Under the pieces are notes generated by a model. It had not been told where the DNA came from and searched no databases. It was given only the letters and a program-made list of their open reading frames with translations. From a virus (lineage: Duplodnaviria > Caudoviricetes), in IMG/VR virus record IMGVR_UViG_3300014877_000064, positions 1 through 63,094 of that record: a stretch of 63,094 bases of DNA; one strand, 5' to 3'. The position numbers and the translations under genes are program-made. Numbering within the stretch: position 1 is the stretch's first letter; every line of letters starts with the position of its first letter. This document shows, in pieces, positions 55,605 to 63,094 of the stretch.

Positions 55605-56461
55605 TTTACTAGTACCTTAATTTCGGGTATGTGCCAAATCTGCAACCCTGCAAAGTGCTGAGGTCCAAACTCCTTGAACCACTCCTCAATCTTCTTGAGA
55701 TGCCAACTGACTGGCTGATTGTCAACATCAGGCAAGGGGATTCCCTTTAGCCAAGTTTCTGGGGATGCTGTAACAAAGGTCTCAGGGTCTTCAAGGGTTA
55801 TCGCATATTTCTGGTTGATAGAAGCCTCAGTGCCCGGCATCTTGATTAACTCAGAACATCTATACCAAGCCTGTTTTAGCTGGAAGTTCTGCCAGCAAGA
55901 AAACTGATAGTGAAACACGGCTCCATACTTTGGGTTAAGCTTCAACCAGGTACTGTCGTTGTTTACGCCGGGAGTTCTACCCACTCCAAGGAAAGCATAG
56001 TCATGCTGTAGGTTTGGGGCATCGTGGATAATGAAGTCCTTGTAGTTGTTTGACCATACCGACTTGTCATCCCTGTAGTGATCCACACTTTTCCAGAGGG
56101 CCAGCCACTGAAAGGCTAACTTCTGACCTGGTTCCAGTTTGGAGATAATCTGCTTGGCAATGGGCATGAAATTACTGGTGAAGGTTTCATCAGCATCGAG
56201 ACACACGAAGTGTGTCCCGCCGGCTTCCCTACCAAGTTCAAGGAGTTTCTGGCGGATGTTAAACTCTGCCCAGCCACTCTTGAGGACTTCTGCATTGGAG
56301 TGAACCTTGACGTTGAGATACTGTTTCAGGATGGAAACGCTGTTGTCTGTGGATCCATCGTCAATAGCGATAATCTCGTCTACGATTGGTAGAACGTTCG
56401 AAAGATATGTGGGAAGAATCCACTCTTCGTTTTTGAATGGTAACAGGGCAATAATTTTCAT
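55601..56461 (-). CDS. GT2-family glycosyltransferase
   Basis: KNEE, IDDGSTD, LDADE. Confidence 0.88.
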   Translation of the reverse strand: MKIIALLPFKNEEWILPTYLSNVLPIVDEIIAIDDGSTDNSVSILKQYLNVKVHSNAEVLKSGWAEFNIRQKLLELGREAGGTHFVCLDADETFTSNFMPIAKQIISKLEPGQKLAFQWLALWKSVDHYRDDKSVWSNNYKDFIIHDAPNLQHDYAFLGVGRTPGVNNDSTWLKLNPKYGAVFHYQFSCWQNFQLKQAWYRCSELIKMPGTEASINQKYAITLEDPETFVTASPETWLKGIPLPDVDNQPVSWHLKKIEEWFKEFGPQHFAGLQIWHIPEIKVLVK

Positions 56462-56464
56462 AGT

Positions 56465-56740
56465 TTAACCTCCCCAGGGTTGTGTGCCAACAATAAGACA
56501 GCTTTCACAACGACAACCACCAGGAGTTCGGGCAGGATCGCCACCACATAGTTCACACTTGTTAGGATCGCGACCTACCCCAAAGGCAACCAAATCCTTG
56601 TGATGTTGAAGCCAGTCTTGAAAGTCGGCGTAGTCATGAATGTATTTTCCTACACGACCACCCATGTAGGCAGCGACTATGTAAGAAATCTCTTCTAGTT
56701 GTTCGAGGGTAAACTTAACGTTGGGGTTGTGTTTCTTCAT
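56465..56740 (-). CDS. Small hypothetical protein with C-terminal Cys cluster
   Basis: CELC...CRCESC; fills the gap between two GT genes. Confidence 0.5.
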   Translation of the reverse strand: MKKHNPNVKFTLEQLEEISYIVAAYMGGRVGKYIHDYADFQDWLQHHKDLVAFGVGRDPNKCELCGGDPARTPGGCRCESCLIVGTQPWGG

Positions 56741-57533
56741 TGGGAATCCATTTACCAAATTGCAGTCGTTCACGTTGTCTGTAACCTTTAGTCTTGTCTA
56801 CAAACCTCTGGTCTACCTTGTCGTGTAAACCATATCTTAACTCAACAAGAGTTCTTTCTATCGGCTGAAGTTGATTACCCCCAGTTGACAGACCTCTTCC
56901 CTCATCCAGGAAGTAACCATCAATTGAGTTTATCATCTTGATATTTCCATGCTTGGCCAACCGAATGGCGAAGTCATAGTCGGAGCCACTTCTCAGTTGC
57001 TCATCAAAATATCCTATATCCTCACAGACGGACTTCCGGAACATGAAGAAGGGACCGAGTAGCATAGATCTCTCATATTCCTCTTTTGAATATAGGGAAT
57101 GATCTATGAACTTCCCCGTCTTCCCAAGAAAGGTATTTGAGATAATGAAATAGCCATAGGTAGCGAGCGTTGTCTCGGGTTCAACCTTGAGCTTCTTCCA
57201 TTGCTTCTCAAGACTGTATGGAGTTCTCTGGTCATCTATGTTCCAGATACAGACATAGGACGACGTGGCTTCTGTTATTGCGATATTCCAACAGGTGCTC
57301 TGAGGTTCAAGAGTATCCAAGTCTATGAGTTTCACCTGACTTGGGTGACAATGTTCCTCCTGAAATTTCTCAAGGGTCTTTTTCTCAGTGTCAGTAAGAA
57401 GACACCCAACGAACACCAGTTCTGTGTCAAAGAAAATCGTTTGTTCCTGGAGGTTTTTCAGAAATCCTTCTAGGTATCTCTCTCCCTTGTAGTAGGACAA
57501 CAAGACGCTTACTTTGGGCTCAAACTCTTTCAT
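56715..57533 (-). CDS. GT2-family glycosyltransferase
   Basis: KVSVLL, WNIAI, NIDD, GYFDE, DYDFAIRL. Confidence 0.85.
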   Translation of the reverse strand: MKEFEPKVSVLLSYYKGERYLEGFLKNLQEQTIFFDTELVFVGCLLTDTEKKTLEKFQEEHCHPSQVKLIDLDTLEPQSTCWNIAITEATSSYVCIWNIDDQRTPYSLEKQWKKLKVEPETTLATYGYFIISNTFLGKTGKFIDHSLYSKEEYERSMLLGPFFMFRKSVCEDIGYFDEQLRSGSDYDFAIRLAKHGNIKMINSIDGYFLDEGRGLSTGGNQLQPIERTLVELRYGLHDKVDQRFVDKTKGYRQRERLQFGKWIPNEETQPQR

Positions 57534-58459
57534 AGGCGATTCCGATTAAAGGCACTTGACTGATACTTCTCTAGGAGAGAATAGTAGACCTTGGCACTTT
57601 TTTCTAGGGTATGGTTTTCCCTGATATATTCTCCTGGGGAATACTTGTTGTGAATTATCCCATCAAGGAATTCCTCGAAAAGTTTCATGTCAACATTATT
57701 CGTCACAATGCCACATCTAGAATCAAAATAGGGGACACTTGAAGCAGCAACCTTGTCAAATCTTCCATCGTAATTCCAGTACCACTTGTTGAAAACGAAG
57801 CACGGAAGATTGGTTGAAAGAATCTCCATGTAGGCAATACCCTGGGATTCTGTGTCAGTTAGCAAAACTCCCATGTTTGCCCACTCGCATTCTTTTGCAA
57901 GCTCTTCCTCAGTGTACTTACCATACTCAACAATATGATACTCAATTTTGTAACGGTCCATCAAACTCTTGACCATGTCAAGATCCTGTACAGATCTGTT
58001 CTTGTAATACAGGAGACACTTAAAACCAAGTCCTAGGGAAGCTCCCTTGGGAGCTTCTTTTTTCCAGGCCTTCCATTTTTCTGTGTCAATACCAACCGGC
58101 CAAACATCAATGGTGTGATCCCCGAGCCAGGAAAAACGTCTGTATAAGTCATGAACCCACTGAGACGGAACAACCAGGTGCTTACAGGCTTGAGTAAAGG
58201 CAGGGTCATCAGAAGGCAACACAAAGCAATTGGGGCCAACAAGGGCACGATCCATCAAACCCTCAAAATTTTTCCAGTCATCAGTCTTCTGAAGGATACC
58301 CATATAGGTTCTTACATCACTCCGGAAGAGATGGTTTATCCCGTGTTCAATGCCAATCTTGTTGAGACCAGCTTCAAGATTTTGGACGACTTTCCCGGGA
58401 CCTCTGTGAGCAGCATTCTTGTAAATCAAAGCAACCGGAACCTTCTTTTTTGGTGCCAT
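57530..58459 (-). CDS. GT-B glycosyltransferase-like protein
   Basis: GPGKV, VPSQWV, WPVGIDT, ESQGIAYMEILS. Confidence 0.75.
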   Translation of the reverse strand: MAPKKKVPVALIYKNAAHRGPGKVVQNLEAGLNKIGIEHGINHLFRSDVRTYMGILQKTDDWKNFEGLMDRALVGPNCFVLPSDDPAFTQACKHLVVPSQWVHDLYRRFSWLGDHTIDVWPVGIDTEKWKAWKKEAPKGASLGLGFKCLLYYKNRSVQDLDMVKSLMDRYKIEYHIVEYGKYTEEELAKECEWANMGVLLTDTESQGIAYMEILSTNLPCFVFNKWYWNYDGRFDKVAASSVPYFDSRCGIVTNNVDMKLFEEFLDGIIHNKYSPGEYIRENHTLEKSAKVYYSLLEKYQSSAFNRNRL

Positions 58460-58462
58460 TGA

Positions 58463-59107
58463 TTATTTCCTCAAATACAATGCATCGCCCCAACCATATG
58501 GAGTTGACACGTGAGCCACTCTCTTGAATCCAAATTGATCTAGGTAGGAATCAAGTTCAGCCATAAGAGGGGCTCCAACATAGACCTCCTCAAAGTTGAC
58601 TTCTGTGTAAATGGCCTTGATGTTGGGATAGGATACGAAGAGATTTCCGAATCCCTTGAGAGCTTTTAGTTCTGCCCCTTGAATGTCAAGGTTAAGGAAG
58701 TCCATGTCTTCCAGGGCAATTTCAGCGATGTGTTTCCTGTAGAGGGAATCAAAACGTGTGGTGGTAACTTCACGATTTTCTACCACATGAATTTGTGGGT
58801 AATGCTGGATGTGTGTACCCAGGGGAAGGATGGAACTAGACTGACCATTGTTGGTAACCCTGAAGGTAACCTTCTCACCATCAACATCAGACAAGGCCTC
58901 ACAAAGGTATTGTTGTTTGACTGGAACATGCTTGGTATTGTCGTAGAGGTCCTTCATCAGAAACTTGTTGGCCTCAATCCAGAGAACCTGCTTTACCCCA
59001 CCAGCCTGGTAGTCCTTGGCTTCCTCTCCAACATGGGCTCCGATATGGATTACTCCACCAAAGGGCCTTCCATAAAATCTAATACACTCAGAAAACGGAA
59101 TCAACAT
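58463..59107 (-). CDS. FkbM-family methyltransferase
   Basis: IHIGAHVGEE, IEAN, SSSIL, LNLDIQGAEL, YTEV, WGDALY. Confidence 0.9.
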   Translation of the reverse strand: MLIPFSECIRFYGRPFGGVIHIGAHVGEEAKDYQAGGVKQVLWIEANKFLMKDLYDNTKHVPVKQQYLCEALSDVDGEKVTFRVTNNGQSSSILPLGTHIQHYPQIHVVENREVTTTRFDSLYRKHIAEIALEDMDFLNLDIQGAELKALKGFGNLFVSYPNIKAIYTEVNFEEVYVGAPLMAELDSYLDQFGFKRVAHVSTPYGWGDALYLRK

Positions 59108-59110
59108 ATG

Positions 59111-59935
59111 TCACCTAACCCTTACCCACTCATACGGTAGTTCAATGTGCACGGTATCATTCTCACAGTTTTCAACTGTGGACAGAGAAATAGCCAACCC
59201 TTCCATATAACGCTTGTTTAGGTGCTCTGCCGTCTCGAAGTTTGCATGTCGATTTTGGTATTGTTCCTGAACACGATTAGCAGGGATGTTCAAGAGCTTG
59301 CTGCCCTTTGTGTAGCAACACATATACTCTGGGGTATTGGGCCACAGGGAAGTCACAGTTAATTGAGCCTCCAATTCATTTGGATTGCCGAAGTTGATTG
59401 CTGCGACCCGTTCAGCAATAAAGTCTGTTCTGTAAATGTTACCATCGACAGAAAATGGATATCCCCAATCTCCTTGGGAACCATTCCACCTCCAAGCACA
59501 TCCCTTTGTCATCCGAGGCGGGTCGCTTTTCATGTTGGTAGCATAGCAATGAACGATGCCGTCCCATAATCTTAAAGAATTGGCTAAAATTTGGGCATTA
59601 GACTGAACGAGGTTAACCTCATGATCTTCAAGGGAAAAATCTTGCTTGAACATGATATCATCCACGAGAAACATCGTCAATTTAAAATAGGGATTCAAGG
59701 CGGTCATCACATTCTCCTTGAAAATGGACTGTTTCACCATCTTGACGTTTTCGTTTTCGCCCAAAAACTTTTCAAAAAGTCTGTAGCCGGCTTCGAACGT
59801 CTCATTTGAGGCCTTCCAGATAATCGTTACCTGACAACGGTCTCTTTCCTTGACGTGTTTAACAAACGATCGATACAGGGCATCCAGTTGGCATGCCCGG
59901 TCCTTACTGAATATTACGACATTCATATTTTCCAT
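59111..59935 (-). CDS. Putative GT-A glycosyltransferase
   Basis: IFSKDRACQLDAL, FLVDD, WGYPFSVDG, PNELE; TAATG-coupled start at 59935. Confidence 0.7.
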   Translation of the reverse strand: MENMNVVIFSKDRACQLDALYRSFVKHVKERDRCQVTIIWKASNETFEAGYRLFEKFLGENENVKMVKQSIFKENVMTALNPYFKLTMFLVDDIMFKQDFSLEDHEVNLVQSNAQILANSLRLWDGIVHCYATNMKSDPPRMTKGCAWRWNGSQGDWGYPFSVDGNIYRTDFIAERVAAINFGNPNELEAQLTVTSLWPNTPEYMCCYTKGSKLLNIPANRVQEQYQNRHANFETAEHLNKRYMEGLAISLSTVENCENDTVHIELPYEWVRVR

Positions 59936-60309
59936 TATCTTGCGTCCTTCCATTTTAGGTGAAAAATTGCAGACCAATAACTGGGCGCATTCTCCTGTAA
60001 GACCCGAGCTTCATCCTTTATCTCCATCAGGAACATCTTGTGATTCCATCGATCCCATGGTGGACTATCTTCAAAAGCTTTTTGGTCACGGAAACATACA
60101 TCCAGTCTAACATCAGAACTTGGTAAAGTGCCGTTATTTTTCAAGGCTAAAAGGAGGGTATAAAGCTTTTTCTTTGGCATGCCATAGTATTCTAGAAGGT
60201 CGGTCATTACTTCTGGCGAGAACTTAAACTGACCATCGAATATCTCAATACACTCATGCTCAGGACTAATTCGTTCTCTAACTTGAGTTTCTAGGTCGGT
60301 TGGTTTCAT
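59935..60309 (-). CDS. Hypothetical protein (124 aa)
   Basis: Translationally coupled on both sides. Confidence 0.6.
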   Translation of the reverse strand: MKPTDLETQVRERISPEHECIEIFDGQFKFSPEVMTDLLEYYGMPKKKLYTLLLALKNNGTLPSSDVRLDVCFRDQKAFEDSPPWDRWNHKMFLMEIKDEARVLQENAPSYWSAIFHLKWKDAR

Positions 60310-61070
60310 AGTTCTTCAAGCCACGCCGGGTTGGTGGAGGTGTTTCTCCTATAACAGTATTGTTGTTCCTTTAGAATACTTGTCTTTTGAAGAAGAAGAG
60401 TCATCTTGGTGTTGAAGTCACTGTCCTCTGCCCTTTGACACCTTAGTCCCATGTTTCCAGGAAGAAACTTCATACCATGGATCCAGAGTTGTTTGTAGAA
60501 CAGACAAGTTGCCCCGTGGACCTCAAATTTACCGGTATAGTAGTGATTAACGCCGGGAGTTTTGTATCCCTTGAAAACGTGTGCTGTTACTTCCTCCGGA
60601 GACATGATGGTGCACCTGTCATTCCAGGCCGCTACTAGGTCCTTGTACTTATCAATATCTTCCTGGGAATAGCAGTGATAAAATCCACAAAGATTATGAA
60701 CGGTCTTCGTTTCCATGAGTACATTATACTGTCGAGCAATTCGTCCAGGACAAGAAACGTCATCAGCATCCTGAAGAGTAATCAACTCACCGGTTGCCTG
60801 GGCAATAGCAGTATTCAGGGCAAACCACTTACCCATGTTCTTTTCCAGGAAGACCGTCTTGATGGCCGGTCTTGGAATATCCAACTTGGTACTCTTGCAG
60901 GGCTGACTTGCAATCTTCCTGATAAGTTCCTGACTACCATCGGTAGAACAGTCATCAATTACGATGATTTCAAGATTTAGATAGGTTTGATCTACCACAG
61001 AGGCAATAGCCTGTTCAAGATACTTGGCGTGGTTGTAGTTTGTTACAATTACTGATATTAACTTACTCAT
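60306..61070 (-). CDS. GT2-family glycosyltransferase
   Basis: ISVIVTNYN, IDDCSTD, QDADD, AED. Confidence 0.92.
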   Translation of the reverse strand: MSKLISVIVTNYNHAKYLEQAIASVVDQTYLNLEIIVIDDCSTDGSQELIRKIASQPCKSTKLDIPRPAIKTVFLEKNMGKWFALNTAIAQATGELITLQDADDVSCPGRIARQYNVLMETKTVHNLCGFYHCYSQEDIDKYKDLVAAWNDRCTIMSPEEVTAHVFKGYKTPGVNHYYTGKFEVHGATCLFYKQLWIHGMKFLPGNMGLRCQRAEDSDFNTKMTLLLQKTSILKEQQYCYRRNTSTNPAWLEEL

Positions 61071-62080
61071 TACAGATCCTTGTGAGCATTAGCCCATTCT
61101 TCAATAGACTTTGGGAGTGCCTGGTCAAGTTTAACATGATTAGTCTTTTGCCCAGTCCAGGCTGTGTGAAAGATATGTCCCCCAGTATTGGTTGCTAACT
61201 CAGCAGCCTTTGCCTTGATTTCCTCGTCGGTTACCACGGAGAGGGGCTTATCAAAGAAAGGATTCCAACCTTCTGGTTTGTCGCTCTTTTCACCATAGAG
61301 AGTAAGCCAGGAATCATTCCAGAAGTGCTTATACTTCTGAATCTTGGCTGCAATGCTCCACCAGGAAAAGTGATACACGGTGGGCAGTTGTTCTGTAACG
61401 GTCTGTAACCAGAACTGGTACATTGGAAGAGCCTCAGGTTGTGTTATGGCCGCCTGCCTAAGGTGTTCAATGTCGTCCTTGATAAAGTGAATGCAGGGCG
61501 TGATTTCCCCTGTGTTGGTATTGATGTAGTCACAACCATCTGTGCCGTGTCGAGCAAACAACAGGCCATCCTTGTATTGTCTGAGGTGAATCGGAATGCC
61601 ATGGGTGATGGTCTTATCATTTCTGGAGAGTCTCCACTTCCATGGATTGACGTCAACCCTTACCTTGTCAATTCCCCCCCAATACTCAACCACAGGAAGA
61701 GCGATAAGAGGAATGTCCTTAAGAAAGTTGACCTTAGGAAGAAGGTCTTCGATTTTTTGCCTTGTTCCAGGCTGAACAACCTCATCACAATCCATCTGCC
61801 AAAGGAAGTCTCCGGTGCACTGTTCTCTCGCAAAGGCCTTCATCTGACCGTCATATATGCCGTAATTGGGAGCATCCCAGGGAATATCAACGTGATAAAC
61901 CTGAACCCTCTCATCTTCATCCATAAGGTTTTGGAGAATGTCCTGGGTGCCATCGTCCTTGTCCGAGGAGTCGGCCACAACAACCTCGTCACAAAAATCT
62001 AAAAGCGAACGAATGGTGGCCTCGAAGGGATAGTCCATCAAGACACAGTTTCGAGTTGTCACATAACCAGATATCTTCAT
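61070..62080 (-). CDS. GT2-like glycosyltransferase
   Basis: DYPFEATIRS, CDEVVV, DCDE, VYHFSW; GGAG SD before ATG 62080. Confidence 0.82.
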   Translation of the reverse strand: MKISGYVTTRNCVLMDYPFEATIRSLLDFCDEVVVADSSDKDDGTQDILQNLMDEDERVQVYHVDIPWDAPNYGIYDGQMKAFAREQCTGDFLWQMDCDEVVQPGTRQKIEDLLPKVNFLKDIPLIALPVVEYWGGIDKVRVDVNPWKWRLSRNDKTITHGIPIHLRQYKDGLLFARHGTDGCDYINTNTGEITPCIHFIKDDIEHLRQAAITQPEALPMYQFWLQTVTEQLPTVYHFSWWSIAAKIQKYKHFWNDSWLTLYGEKSDKPEGWNPFFDKPLSVVTDEEIKAKAAELATNTGGHIFHTAWTGQKTNHVKLDQALPKSIEEWANAHKDL

Positions 62081-62088
62081 ATTGCTCC

Positions 62089-62124
62089 AAAACAAAACCC
62101 CGCAAACGTTTGAGGTCTACGGGG
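62089..62124 (-). terminator. Intrinsic terminator-like hairpin
   Basis: Minus-strand RNA CCCCGUAGAC-cucaaac-GUUUGCGGGG (with G-U pairs) followed by UUUUGUUUU. Confidence 0.65.
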
Positions 62125-62161
62125 CAGTTTACAAGTTCAGGATTTAGTTGTTAAACCAATC

Positions 62162-63094
62162 TTACCATTTTCCGTCAGGAACTTCTTTGTTTCCGAGCTT
62201 GACCGCACGCATTTTCTTGGTTGGCTTTTTGCTACTGGGAAGTCCGATGACGTGCTTCTGACTTTCCTCAATAGGAGAGTCATCCTGTTGATTCTCGAAA
62301 CCCTTCTCCTTGTCCATCTCAGACACGGGCTTTACATTGGCAAGAGTGCCAGAACCCTGGACGGCAGCAACACCCTCATCGTACAGGGAGAACCAGGGAT
62401 GACCATAAGAAGTATAGGTCTTGGCGCTCACGGGGGTTGGAGGAGGTGGTTCGCCGGTAATCTCGGTCCACATCTGGGAGTTCACGATATGAACAAAAAT
62501 ACGCTGGGCATTTTCGGTATCCCATGAGTCGATACCATAGGCATCCTCATAGATCTTCTGGGTCATCTTGCCGCCGGCGGCGAGACCCATTTCTGCACCC
62601 TTGGAAGCAAGAGCCCTTGTGATACCTCTTGATCTTGAACCAACACTACCAGTATCGAGGGAGTTAACTGAAGTTGGGTAGGCACTCATAACAGCCTGAC
62701 CATCATGGGCACTTGCGGCCCAGTATTCACCGGAAGCACCACCAAGGGTTCTGTAGTCATTGTCCCGGGGTTTGATAGCCCCTGGCTTTGCAGGGAATAC
62801 GATAAGCTGAAGACCACCAACATCTTCCTTGCCGGTTACCTGCTTTTCGACGGTGTATCCCATGCCGAGTGGCATGGAAATAAACTGACGAATCACACCA
62901 TCTCCGGTGTTGAATCCGTCGAGCCATGGTTGGTTTGGACAGACCATGTAGTCCTGTACAGGATCCTTGCCGGCAACTGAGGTATCTGGCTTTTCCGGGG
63001 TCTCGCTCCAGGTCTTACCCGAGACAGCATTGACCTTCCCTGCGGCGACCTTGAGGGCACAGTAGTTGTCCGGGTTATACCCATTCATACCGAA
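62162..63094 (-). CDS. Conserved hypothetical protein (QPWLDG...RQF..MPLG.GYTVE.Q.TG family), probably 5'-truncated
   Basis: Frame stays open to the window end; the motif block resembles an uncharacterised bacterial/fungal family. Confidence 0.65.
   Translation of the reverse strand, partial: FGMNGYNPDNYCALKVAAGKVNAVSGKTWSETPEKPDTSVAGKDPVQDYMVCPNQPWLDGFNTGDGVIRQFISMPLGMGYTVEKQVTGKEDVGGLQLIVFPAKPGAIKPRDNDYRTLGGASGEYWAASAHDGQAVMSAYPTSVNSLDTGSVGSRSRGITRALASKGAEMGLAAGGKMTQKIYEDAYGIDSWDTENAQRIFVHIVNSQMWTEITGEPPPPTPVSAKTYTSYGHPWFSLYDEGVAAVQGSGTLANVKPVSEMDKEKGFENQQDDSPIEESQKHVIGLPSSKKPTKKMRAVKLGNKEVPDGKW

Noticed and set aside
43709-62080. Bacterial O-antigen/capsule locus misassembled onto the phage
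   Set aside because: Genes overlap seamlessly into the phage sigma gene, have similar composition, and no wzx/wzy/wzm/wzt or initiating transferase is present
1-63094. Giant eukaryotic virus (NCLDV) origin suggested by the Mre11-Rad50 fusion, gmd/fcl and Lys-rich NLS-like N-termini
   Set aside because: Contractile-tail baseplate genes, DnaG primase, sigma factor, lipoboxes and ATGA/TAATG coupling indicate a bacteriophage; A-rich first codons are better explained by translation initiation
1-63094. Stop-codon reassignment
   Set aside because: Code 11 gives near-complete coding density, with TAA, TAG and TGA all ending genes next to the following start
1-63094. CRISPR arrays, tRNA, rRNA, introns or inteins
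   Set aside because: No regularly spaced repeats, cloverleaf-sized intergenic space or splicing motifs noticed by eye; tRNAscan/Infernal not run

Overview
A 63-kb, densely packed, almost entirely minus-strand fragment of a large (jumbo-type) contractile-tailed bacteriophage genome, in standard genetic code 11. It holds three modules. (1) 0.3-7.1 kb: DNA recombination/replication genes (Mre11-Rad50 fusion, DnaG-type primase, orphan adenine methyltransferase, RuvC-like and T4 gp4-like nucleases) and a divergent tail-tube paralog. (2) 7.8-40.3 kb: baseplate/tail-appendage operons (gp5-, gp25-, gp6-, gp7/gpI-like and LamG proteins, plus a duplicated two-gene cassette), interrupted by a GC-rich Cys-rich lipoprotein 'moron'. 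(3) 43.7-62.1 kb: an ~18-kb glycan-biosynthesis operon (about 11 glycosyltransferases, gmd, fcl, two methyltransferases and an unusual RibB-kinase-nucleotidyltransferase-phosphatase-transaldolase block) that runs into a gp55-like sigma factor gene. The leading candidate for an undescribed system is a phage-encoded cytoplasmic virion O-glycosylation system. A subset of structural proteins is strongly enriched for [S/T]-G-S, a candidate sequon that is nearly absent from the other proteins counted. Also visible are a candidate TANYTA late promoter that reads in both directions at divergent gene pairs, and a shared 'LIES..EQ' peptide on candidate virion-packaged enzymes. All family assignments come from motif recognition, not database searches.
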